From positions 19,247 through 83,246 of the forward strand of contig JBHIAV010000003.1 of assembly GCA_046758745.1 (NCBI GenBank): a stretch of 64,000 nucleotides of DNA. The letters run 5' to 3'. How positions within the stretch are numbered: the first letter of the stretch is position 1; each line of letters begins with the position of its first letter. Positions 42,648 through 51,080 of the stretch are shown piece after piece. Source of the stretch: Gemmatimonadota bacterium. Its GTDB lineage: Bacteria > Gemmatimonadota > Gemmatimonadetes > Palauibacterales > Palauibacteraceae. The notes beneath the pieces are model-generated. The model did not search any database, was not told the origin of the DNA, and saw only the letters and a program-made list of their open reading frames with translations. Both the position numbers and the translations under genes were made by a program.

Positions 42648-43136
42648 ATGTCACGTCTGCGCGCCGCTCTTCTCATCATCGCCCTCGTCGCCTGCGGCCG
42701 CCCGGATGCGGGAGGGAGCTCGGCCGAGGGCTCGGCCACCACCGGAGAGCGGGCCCGCGGCGAGATCAAGCATGATTTCGCCGAAGAGCTCGGGGTCAAC
42801 CTGGCTTCCATGACGCGGACGGCGTCGGGACTGTATTACCGGGACCTCGCCGCGGGGCGGGGGCTCGATGCCCGGCCCGGCCACGTCGTGGTGATCCGTT
42901 ACACGGAATGGCTCCCCAACGGCGCCCGGGTCAGCGGCCACGACAGGCTCGATTTTCCGCTCGGCGGCGGGAGGGTGATCGCCGGATGGGAAGAGGGGAT
43001 CACCGGCATGCGCATCGGCGGTAGGCGGCAGTTGGTCATCCCCCCACACCTCGCATACGGATCGCGGGGCCGTGGTGAGATCCCGCCGAACGCGACCCTC
43101 ATCATGGACGTGGAACTGCTCGAGATCCGGATGTGA
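42648..43136 (+). CDS. FKBP-type peptidyl-prolyl isomerase, lipoprotein
   Basis: LVAC lipobox, VIAGWEEG, IPPHLAYG, IPPNATLI. Confidence 0.93.
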   Translation: MSRLRAALLIIALVACGRPDAGGSSAEGSATTGERARGEIKHDFAEELGVNLASMTRTASGLYYRDLAAGRGLDARPGHVVVIRYTEWLPNGARVSGHDRLDFPLGGGRVIAGWEEGITGMRIGGRRQLVIPPHLAYGSRGRGEIPPNATLIMDVELLEIRM

Positions 43137-43186
43137 CAAGTCGCTCCCCGCCCGATGTGAGCCCGCCCGAGCTGGCTGTCGTGCCG

Positions 43187-43459
43187 TCATTCCTCCAAAG
43201 ACCCGGCGGCGATGCCCAGGAGGAGGGTCGCGAGACAGCCGCCGCCGTACACGACGAGGACGGGAAGCCAGCTCCGCCACACGAAGAGGGCATACCACGG
43301 GGCCACGGCTAGGGTCAGAGGGAAGAGGATCGAGGCCAGGATCAGCCCCCACAGACCCGCCAGCGCGTGCGCGATCTGCAGCCCGAGGGCCAGCCCCGAC
43401 AGGCCCACCACGCCCCACGACACGTATGCCGTCCCGCGCAGCCACACCGCTCGCCGCAT
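43187..43459 (-). CDS. Small 3-TM membrane protein
   Basis: Three hydrophobic segments; ggagg SD before ATG 43459. Confidence 0.7.
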   Translation of the reverse strand: MRRAVWLRGTAYVSWGVVGLSGLALGLQIAHALAGLWGLILASILFPLTLAVAPWYALFVWRSWLPVLVVYGGGCLATLLLGIAAGSLEE

Positions 43460-43741
43460 GACCCGCCCTCCTGACTGGGGCCGATTCGACACGGATCGCG
43501 GCGCCGGAAGGGGCCTCCCGGTCGCCGCGGTGCGCGGAAGGTGCACCCCTCCGGGTGCGCCGAGCTCCCGCGCGTGGGTTCCGCCTGCAGCTTCCCGGCC
43601 AGCTCGGGGTGGAGAGCGTTAATTGGCGGCCGGCAAGTGAGTTGCAGCGGAGAGCCGAGGCGAGAGTGGTCCGGCCGACGAGGAAAGTATTTTCACCGGT
43701 TCAGCGCCCGACTGTGGCGGGCACGGAGTGCTCCTGCCTCC

Positions 43742-44611
43742 CTAGGGCCCCTGGTTCCCGCGGGGCACGAGGGCGACGGCGCGGAGCGGGCCCCCGGAGC
43801 CGCCGGCGATCTTCATCGGAAGAGCGACGATGAGAAAGCCCGTGGCGGGCAGCCGGTCCAGGTTTGCGAGGTTCTCCAGACCCGGAACGTCGGCGGCGGC
43901 CGCGATGCGGTGAACGATGAAGTCCTGCGAGGGACCATAGTCGATGGACGCGACGTCGGCACCGAGAGCGGCCACTCCTCTCTCCTCTACGAGTAGCCGC
44001 GCCGCCGACTCGCCGTAGCTCGGAAAGTGCAGGTTCGAGGCATCCCCCGGGGTGTCATCACCCAGGTACGCCCTCGGGTCCGGCCACCGGGACCCATATC
44101 CCGTGCGCAGCAGGACGATGGTGCCCGGCTCGACGCGGCCGTGCCGCCGCTCGAACTCCAGGACATCCTCGGAGACGAGCCGATAGTCCGGCTCCTCGGC
44201 GGCTCGCTCCGTGATGTCGATCACCACACCCGGTGCGATGAGCTGCGAGAGGGGGATCTCATCCGTCGTGTGCCGACCCTCACCGAAATGCCTCGGGGCA
44301 TCGAGGTGGGTACCGCCGTGCTCGGGCGCGCGGAACGCGTTGGCCGCGTAGAAGTAGCCTGCCTCGGTCCACCCGTAGCTCAGTCGCTCGAGCTCGAAGG
44401 TGGACGGCGAGGTCGGCCAGTAGACGGTCGCGGAATCGAACGCATGGGTCAGGTCTACGATCTCGGCGCTGGAGAGGTCCACGATCTGGGAGGAGGCGGG
44501 GCCAGCCACGAGCCATAAGAGCAAGCCACACGCTCCCAGAGATCGGCGCGCGCACGAGCCGGAGCTCCGCCTTCGCGCATCACAGAACCGAGCGGTTCGC
44601 GAGGGCATCAT
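43742..44611 (-). CDS. Cyclase family metal-dependent hydrolase (kynurenine formamidase-like), exported
   Basis: EHGGTHLDAPRHF, LLRTG, GLENL, PMKIAGGSGGP. Confidence 0.92.
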   Translation of the reverse strand: MMPSRTARFCDARRRSSGSCARRSLGACGLLLWLVAGPASSQIVDLSSAEIVDLTHAFDSATVYWPTSPSTFELERLSYGWTEAGYFYAANAFRAPEHGGTHLDAPRHFGEGRHTTDEIPLSQLIAPGVVIDITERAAEEPDYRLVSEDVLEFERRHGRVEPGTIVLLRTGYGSRWPDPRAYLGDDTPGDASNLHFPSYGESAARLLVEERGVAALGADVASIDYGPSQDFIVHRIAAAADVPGLENLANLDRLPATGFLIVALPMKIAGGSGGPLRAVALVPRGNQGP

Positions 44612-44870
44612 CCTGTCACCTCCTGCGTCGTATTGTGCGCGGATCATCCTGTCATCTTCCCCGACGCGACCGTCCGACCTTCCCCGCGGGCACGAACCTC
44701 GGGCCTCTCCCCGACGCGCCGCTCGACGCTCGCGTGGGCGCGCCGCCCGGATGGATGGACGGCTCGGCGCCCGGCCGTCAAGGCGTGTCGACGATTCGCG
44801 CTACGCTTTGGCCGGTCGACATACTACCTTGGTCTTGAGCCCGGCGCGTCCCGGAGCCAGGGAGCTACAG

Positions 44871-45476
44871 GTGGAGAAAGCAAGCCGACGCGCGACCGAG
44901 AGGTCGCAGATCCGGGAGGCCGAGGAGAGACCGAAGAGCCTGGGGCGGAACAACTGGCTGGCGGCGGCTCTGTACGTCCTCGCCGCCGAGGGAGTCGCTG
45001 GCGTTCGCGTGGAGAAACTGGCCCGCCTGCTGGGCGTGACCAAAGGGAGCTTCTACTGGCATTTCAAGAACCGGAAGGCTCTGCTGCGAAGTCTCCTGGA
45101 CTACTGGGTGGAGGAGATGACCGACAGCGTCAGCAGGTTCGTCGAGCGCATCGGAGGCGACCCTCGCAGCCGGCTGCTCGCTCTACTCGAGCACATCGAG
45201 TTCGAGGGCCGCAACCGCTACGACCCGGCCATGCGAGCGTGGGCCGCGTTCGATGAGACGGCAGCCGCGGTCGTCAAGGAGGTGGACGAGCGCAGGCTCC
45301 GTCTCGTGACGCAGATCTTCCGTGACATGGGATTCAGCGACACCGAGGCCGCCCTTCGAGGTCGAATGTCCTACTACTATCTGGTCGGGGAGGCGACCGT
45401 CCTCATCCAGGATTCGCCAGCGGACCACTGGGAATTCCTCCGCCTCCGCCACCGGCTACTCACCCACCCCATCTGA
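44871..45476 (+). CDS. TetR/AcrR family regulator
   Basis: RVEKLARLLGVTKGSFYWHFKNR helix-turn-helix; start uncertain. Confidence 0.92.
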   Translation: MEKASRRATERSQIREAEERPKSLGRNNWLAAALYVLAAEGVAGVRVEKLARLLGVTKGSFYWHFKNRKALLRSLLDYWVEEMTDSVSRFVERIGGDPRSRLLALLEHIEFEGRNRYDPAMRAWAAFDETAAAVVKEVDERRLRLVTQIFRDMGFSDTEAALRGRMSYYYLVGEATVLIQDSPADHWEFLRLRHRLLTHPI

Positions 45477-45786
45477 GCCCGCCGCCGGCCGGGGACGGCG
45501 CCGTCACCATCCGTCGCCCGGTCCCGCACCATTCCTCCCCGTATGGCGAAGCGCCACGGTCTACCCGCCTCGTGCAAGAGTCGCCCGCGCCGCTTCGTAC
45601 CACTCTCCCTTCGTTCCGTCTTTTGTAAGTCCTTTTCTGAGCGGGGAGTAATCAACCCGGCGAGCCGCCCGATCCCGTTGCTCGCACTGTGAACGAGTCT
45701 TGCTGTGGGACCCGGACAAGACGGCTGACAATACGGACACGTATGTCCGATTAGGTTCAGAGCACTGCGGCGAAGGGGGTCCGAGC

Positions 45787-46284
45787 ATGCACCGCAAAGT
45801 GTTCTCTGCGCTCGCCTGCGTCCTGCTTGCGGCGGTCGCGGAGGCTCAGGCGCAGTCCAGCGTCGGCGCCACGGCGACGATCACGATTCCGCAGGTCCTC
45901 TTCCTCAGCGTCGACGAGACCGCCATCAGCTTCAACCAGCCGGCCGGGACGGATTTCGAGACCGGATGGATCTCGGCGAACCAGGCGAGCACGGTCACCC
46001 ACAAGGGCAACGTGCAACGGGACGTGCAGCTCTCGGCGGACGTCGCCACATTCACGGCGACCAACGACCCGATCAACAACATCAAGCAGGCCGGCGACTT
46101 CGAGTGGTCGACCGACGGGGGGAGCACCTTCTTCGGGATCACGACGGCGGGCACGGAGATCGTGACGGCCGCTCCGAAGGGTGCTTCCAACGTGACGGTG
46201 AACTATCGGACGCTGCTCGATTACACGTCTGACGCGCCTGACACGTATACGCTGAACTTCACCTACACGGTCATCCCCAACTGA
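45787..46284 (+). CDS. Secreted pilin-like subunit 1 (putative major subunit)
   Basis: Signal ending AQA-Q, Thr/Ala/Asn-rich beta protein, N-terminal alternating strand ATATITI, C-terminal YTLNFTYTV; clear paralog of 47153..47656. Confidence 0.65.
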   Translation: MHRKVFSALACVLLAAVAEAQAQSSVGATATITIPQVLFLSVDETAISFNQPAGTDFETGWISANQASTVTHKGNVQRDVQLSADVATFTATNDPINNIKQAGDFEWSTDGGSTFFGITTAGTEIVTAAPKGASNVTVNYRTLLDYTSDAPDTYTLNFTYTVIPN

Positions 46285-46294
46285 GCGGCCGACC

Positions 46295-47149
46295 GTGAGC
46301 GTCGCGAGTCGAGGGCGCGGCGGGCGCGGGATGCCGAGGCGACGACCGGGTCCCGACCGGTCGAGCCCCGCACACCGCCGGGGGCGTCGCGTCCGCCTCG
46401 CGTCAATCCTCTCCGCTGCGGTCGCCGCGGCCGCACTCCCGCGGGCCGTGGCCGCCCAGTACTCGGTGTATCCGGTCATCGTGCAGCTCGCGGGGGCAGA
46501 CACGGCCGAGAGCGGGGTGCTGGTCGTCCGGAACGAGGGAGATGCGGCTCTGCGGATCCGTCTGTACGCGATGGACTTCGAGCAGGCGGCGGATGGATCG
46601 CACGAGTATTCCGAGCTCGGCACGCATCCGAGGTCCTGTAGGGATCGGCTGGGTGTCTTCCCCGACATGCTGAGCGTTGACCCGGGCATGGAGGGCCGGG
46701 TCTACCTGCGCATGGAGCCCGCGATCTCGGGGGACATCTGCTGGTCCGTCGTCTTCGCGGAGACCCCTGCGCCGACGCGATCCGGCCTCCGGATAACGCA
46801 GCGCATCGGGACGAAGGTATACGGACTCGCGCCGGGGACGGAGCCGTCGGGTGAGCTCGCCAGCGCCGCGGTGCAGGGCGGCGGCTCGGGGCGCTCCGTG
46901 ACCTTCGAGTTCCGCAACACGGGGGATCGCCCCCTGCGCCCGGAGGGGAGGGTCGAGATCCGTTCCCTCGAGGGAGCGGTCGCCGCGAGCCAGGAGATCG
47001 AGTCGTTCAGCGTGCTTCCCGGGCATAGCAGGCGGGTCGAGGTCGAGATCCCCGGCGGGCTCGCCCCCGGCCGCTACCTGGCGATCCCGATCCTCGACTT
47101 CGGCGGGGACTACCTGGCCGGCGCTCAGGTGGCGTTCCGGGTTCGTTGA
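46295..47149 (+). CDS. PapD-like periplasmic pilus chaperone
   Basis: Mature N-terminus YSVYPVIVQL, VRNEG, SVDPG, WSVVFAE, QRIGTKVY; second Ig domain FRNTGD...PGRY; start 46295 or 46331. Confidence 0.75.
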   Translation: MSVASRGRGGRGMPRRRPGPDRSSPAHRRGRRVRLASILSAAVAAAALPRAVAAQYSVYPVIVQLAGADTAESGVLVVRNEGDAALRIRLYAMDFEQAADGSHEYSELGTHPRSCRDRLGVFPDMLSVDPGMEGRVYLRMEPAISGDICWSVVFAETPAPTRSGLRITQRIGTKVYGLAPGTEPSGELASAAVQGGGSGRSVTFEFRNTGDRPLRPEGRVEIRSLEGAVAASQEIESFSVLPGHSRRVEVEIPGGLAPGRYLAIPILDFGGDYLAGAQVAFRVR

Positions 47150-47152
47150 GCC

Positions 47153-47656
47153 ATGGCCGCCGCGCGGCAGGTGTGCTCGGTCCGACGGCGTCTCGGACGC
47201 CCGCTCCTCGCCCTAGTCTCGCTCCTTTCCTTCCCAGCGTGGGCCCACGCTCAGGGCTGCACGGCCGGGCGAGCGGGCACCTTTCGCCTCCGCGTACAGC
47301 CCGCAGTGATCGCGTTCGACCCGCCGGGCCCGGCGGACTTCGAAGCCGGCCGCATCGACGCGCAGAGGGAGATCCGCATCGACGTGAGGCCGGAGTTCGG
47401 GGGAGGATCGAACTGGACGCTGTGCATTCGTTCCGACAGCCCGGATGCCGGCGGGTACGGTAAGCCGACGTCCGACTTCGAATGGCAGCTGGCGGGCGAC
47501 GTGATGTGGACGCCGCTCGAGACCGCGAACCGGCTCGTCTACGCGGGGCGCAATCGCCGGCGGGTCATCCTTCTCTTCCGCACGGTCCTCGACTGGGGCC
47601 GGGACGAGCCGGGCGACTACGGCCTGCCGCTCACCCTCACCGCGTACCGGCAGTGA
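47153..47656 (+). CDS. Secreted pilin-like subunit 2 (putative minor/tip subunit)
   Basis: Signal ending AHA-Q; shared blocks with subunit 1; two Cys in the mature chain. Confidence 0.65.
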   Translation: MAAARQVCSVRRRLGRPLLALVSLLSFPAWAHAQGCTAGRAGTFRLRVQPAVIAFDPPGPADFEAGRIDAQREIRIDVRPEFGGGSNWTLCIRSDSPDAGGYGKPTSDFEWQLAGDVMWTPLETANRLVYAGRNRRRVILLFRTVLDWGRDEPGDYGLPLTLTAYRQ

Positions 47657-47660
47657 CACG

Positions 47661-50381
47661 ATGGTGCGTCGGAGCGAGCTCGCGTTCGCGGTCGTCTGGT
47701 TCGGCCTGGCTCGAGTGCCGGCTTCGGCGCGGGCGCAGGAGAGCACAGCGGTGCTGCCGGCGATCGACGAGGGCTCGGTCGCCACGGTGCCGGTGGTCCT
47801 CCCCGAGGCCCTGCTCGAGGACGGGGGAGCCGACGCGACCGACCACGTGATCCGCTTCTCGGTGGAACCGGCGGGGGGAGTGCGCCTCCTCGGTGCCCCG
47901 GCGGGCGCGTTCACCTGGAGGGACGGCGACCCTCCCTTCTTCCCGCTCACCTTCATGGTCCCCCGGCGCTTTCCCGCCGGTCCGTTCCTCGCCGCGCGGG
48001 TCCTCTTCCGGGGCGGGACCGGACGGGAAGCGAGGATCGAGGTGCGTGCCCGCACGAGGCGTCGTCGGGATGTCCGGCTCGAGCTGCGGCCGATCGATGC
48101 GTCCCTCCATCCGGGCGGGACCGCCCGGCTCCGCTACGTCCTCACGAACCGCGGCAACGCGGAGGACACGGTGCGGCTGGCAGCGACGGGCCCGGCGCTC
48201 GATGCATTCGATCTTCCCGACACGGTGATCGTACCGCCCGGCCACCCGGCGGCGGGGGAGTTCCGAGTACGTGCCCGGCGGCGCGCGGCACCGGGAAGCA
48301 CCGCCCTCGTCCGCCTCGAGGCGACGGACCGTGAGCCCCGCGTCATGGCGACCGCCAACCTGACGGTGGTGCGTGACCCGGGATGGCTTCCCCATCTGGT
48401 CCACCTCCCGGCCACGGTGTTCCTGGGAGGCTCCGTGGTCCCGGGATACGGAAGCGGAGGGGGTGGCGCCGTCCTGAATGTGCAGAGCGCGGGTCGCATC
48501 GGAAGTCGGTCGTCGCTCCGCTTCTCCTACCGAAAGACGCCTGAGGACGGCGGCTCGCCGATCTTCGCCGGCGCCGCCTTCGGACCCCGCTTACAGGTCG
48601 GGATGGAGCACGGCGCGCTCGGCCTCACGGCAGGCGATGTAGTGGCTTCGACCGGTCACGTCTTCGGACGGCAGCATCCGGGAAGCGGCATAGAGGCGAG
48701 GTGGCGTGGAGAGCGGCTGTCCGTGGTCGCCGTCGCCGCCCGCCCGAGGGGACCGCGGGGAGGACTCTCCGGAACGCTCGGATCGGCCGTGGTGGACTAC
48801 GGGACTCCATTCGGAAACGTCGGCTTCGAGTTCGACTACCAGGAGCGGCCCGGCGGGCCCGACGGCCGCGGCACTCGGGTAGGGGGTGGCGTGATCCGGT
48901 ACACGTGGGAAGGAGCCGGCGCGCACCGCGTCGCTGCCGAAGCCGGACCCATGTGGGTGGCCGATGCCGACGGGGCGACGGCGGGGCTCGCCGCGGATCT
49001 CCGTTACGCGTACGCGGGGCTGCGGGCCGGCCTGGATGTCCGCGGCCGAACCCTCCCGGCGACGGCCGCCGGCGCTCGGCTTCCCCCCCGGGAGCTGCGC
49101 GCGGCGGGATGGACGGGGCTGTGGCGGGGCTTGAGCGCTGTCGGAAGCGCCTTCGCCGAGAGGGATCCTCCGACTCCCGGTGCGAGGACGACCCCGGCCG
49201 CGACCGAGGGCCTGGAAGCGGGCTTCCGACTGACCACGGGCGAGAGCCATCTCGACCTCACCGGGATCCTACGCCGATCGGAGAGCTTCCCCGAACTCGG
49301 TGCTCTCCCCTCTACGCGGCGTACGCTGCGCGGCGGCTTCGGCATGCTCCTCGGTCCGTTTCGGATCGACGGAAGTATGGAGCTCGGCGCCTCCCGCCGC
49401 GGGGAGCGACGCGGACCGGCCCGAACGTACCGGGGAGGCATCGCTTGGCTCGGCGAGCGCGGGCGTGTGCGGCTGGGCGGAAGCTTCGCCGAGGATATCG
49501 AGACGCCGCGCTCGGGGCAGGCGGAGCTTAGCGGCGCCTGGCGGATCGTCGGGCCGCTCGAGTTCCGGGTAGGCGCAGCTGCGGTCCTCGACGGAGGCGA
49601 CCTGTGGCCGGATCTCACCGCGTGGGGCGCGGCCCGTCTCGACCTCGGCCGACGTACGACGCTCTACCTCGGCGCCGAGTCGAGGGCGCCGCTCGCCACA
49701 GCCGAGGCGAGGGGCTCGCGCTGGCGCTTCTCGCTCGGCGTCCGCCGCCAGCTGCCCGTGCCGCTACCGCTTCGCCGCCGCCCGGCCGCAGAAGGGATCG
49801 TCTTCGAAGACCGGAACGGGAACGGCCGGCGCGAGCCCGGAGAGCCGCCCGTATCGGGGGCGCTGATCCGCCTGGGCGGAGAGCATGAGAAGACTGGGGC
49901 GGACGGCCGATTCGTCTTCGCGCCGAATGACGGCTCCTCCAGCCTGTGGGTCGATCCGGCGTCACTGCCTCCGGGTCGGCTCCCCGCCCGGAGCTTCTTC
50001 CCTCCCTCCGGTCTGGTGGAGATCCCGGTGATCCGGACCGCATCTCTCACGCTGCGTCTCTTCCTCGATGGGAACGGGAACGGTCGACGGGACGAAGGCG
50101 AAGGGCCGGCGCCGGAGGTCACCGTCCACATCGGGGACGAGGCGGCGGGGAGCTGGGTCGTTCGCTCCGCGGCGGACGGCGACGTTCGGCTCTCCGCCAT
50201 CCGGCCCGGCCACTACATCGTGCGGGTCGGGGGCGAATCGCTTCCCCCCCGGGCCACACCTCCGGAGGAGCTCGGCTTGCAGGTGGTGGGCGGCGAGAGC
50301 CTCGTCGTGGAAGTCCCCATCCGAACCGCGCCGCGCGCCGTTCGTTTCTCCGAGGGCTCGTCTCTCGAGGCTTGGGACTGA
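47661..50381 (+). CDS. 906-aa usher-like outer-membrane protein (Ig domains, beta-barrel, two SdrD-B-like domains)
   Basis: Signal ending ARA-Q; LTNRGNAED Ig motif; long run of amphipathic strands; DRNGNGRREPGE and DGNGNGRRDEGE motifs. Confidence 0.65.
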   Translation: MVRRSELAFAVVWFGLARVPASARAQESTAVLPAIDEGSVATVPVVLPEALLEDGGADATDHVIRFSVEPAGGVRLLGAPAGAFTWRDGDPPFFPLTFMVPRRFPAGPFLAARVLFRGGTGREARIEVRARTRRRRDVRLELRPIDASLHPGGTARLRYVLTNRGNAEDTVRLAATGPALDAFDLPDTVIVPPGHPAAGEFRVRARRRAAPGSTALVRLEATDREPRVMATANLTVVRDPGWLPHLVHLPATVFLGGSVVPGYGSGGGGAVLNVQSAGRIGSRSSLRFSYRKTPEDGGSPIFAGAAFGPRLQVGMEHGALGLTAGDVVASTGHVFGRQHPGSGIEARWRGERLSVVAVAARPRGPRGGLSGTLGSAVVDYGTPFGNVGFEFDYQERPGGPDGRGTRVGGGVIRYTWEGAGAHRVAAEAGPMWVADADGATAGLAADLRYAYAGLRAGLDVRGRTLPATAAGARLPPRELRAAGWTGLWRGLSAVGSAFAERDPPTPGARTTPAATEGLEAGFRLTTGESHLDLTGILRRSESFPELGALPSTRRTLRGGFGMLLGPFRIDGSMELGASRRGERRGPARTYRGGIAWLGERGRVRLGGSFAEDIETPRSGQAELSGAWRIVGPLEFRVGAAAVLDGGDLWPDLTAWGAARLDLGRRTTLYLGAESRAPLATAEARGSRWRFSLGVRRQLPVPLPLRRRPAAEGIVFEDRNGNGRREPGEPPVSGALIRLGGEHEKTGADGRFVFAPNDGSSSLWVDPASLPPGRLPARSFFPPSGLVEIPVIRTASLTLRLFLDGNGNGRRDEGEGPAPEVTVHIGDEAAGSWVVRSAADGDVRLSAIRPGHYIVRVGGESLPPRATPPEELGLQVVGGESLVVEVPIRTAPRAVRFSEGSSLEAWD

Positions 50382-50437
50382 GGACCGCCCCGTGTCCCTC
50401 GCGGCTCGGGACTGAGGACCGCCCCGTCCCTCGAGGC
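50365..50437. repeat. Tandem duplication, 2 x about 34 bp, spanning the usher-like gene stop
   Basis: gggactgaggaccgccccgt at 50374 and 50408. Confidence 0.85.
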
Positions 50438-50681
50438 ATAGCCGGGTTCCGGCCCTTCCGCGCGCCCGCCTCCGACATGACTCCTCCGTGGCCGGGGTAG
50501 AACGGATCGGCCAGCGGGTGGTATTCTACCCGATCGGCCCGACCAGCGCCGCGGACGCGTGCGCCGGGTTTGGTCTCCACGCGGGGTGTCGCTCGAGCTC
50601 CGGCCGCAGCCGACGCCATGACCGCGGCCGGCGGAGGCGGATGACCGGGAGCACGCCGGCGCACGTGACGAGGAGCCACAC

Positions 50682-51080
50682 ATGTCGAAGAAGATCGTGA
50701 AGTCGGACGCCGAGTGGCGCGAGCAGCTCGGGCCCGAACAGTACCGGATCACCCGCCAGAAGGGGACGGAGCGGCCGTTCACGGGCGAGTACCATGACTG
50801 CAAGGACCGGGGCGTCTACCGGTGCGTGTGCTGCGGGAACGAGCTCTTCAGCTCCGAGACGAAGTTCGACTCGGGCACCGGCTGGCCCAGCTTCTACGCG
50901 CCGGTCGCTGCCGAGAAGATCGTCACGGCGGAAGACGACAGCTTCTTCATGCGGCGCACAGAGGTCCTGTGCGGCCGGTGCGACGCCCACCTCGGCCATC
51001 TGTTCGAGGACGGGCCGCACCCCACCGGCCTCCGGTATTGCATCAACTCCGCCGCTCTCGAGCTCGGCCAGGAGGAGTGA
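50682..51080 (+). CDS. msrB: Peptide-methionine (R)-S-oxide reductase
   Basis: [33 protein letters not shown]. Confidence 0.97.
   Translation: MSKKIVKSDAEWREQLGPEQYRITRQKGTERPFTGEYHDCKDRGVYRCVCCGNELFSSETKFDSGTGWPSFYAPVAAEKIVTAEDDSFFMRRTEVLCGRCDAHLGHLFEDGPHPTGLRYCINSAALELGQEE

Noticed and set aside
45560-45786. c-di-GMP riboswitch or sigma54 promoter upstream of the pilin operon
   Set aside because: No GGCAAA/GAAA tetraloop-receptor pattern and no GG-N10-GC with correct spacing.
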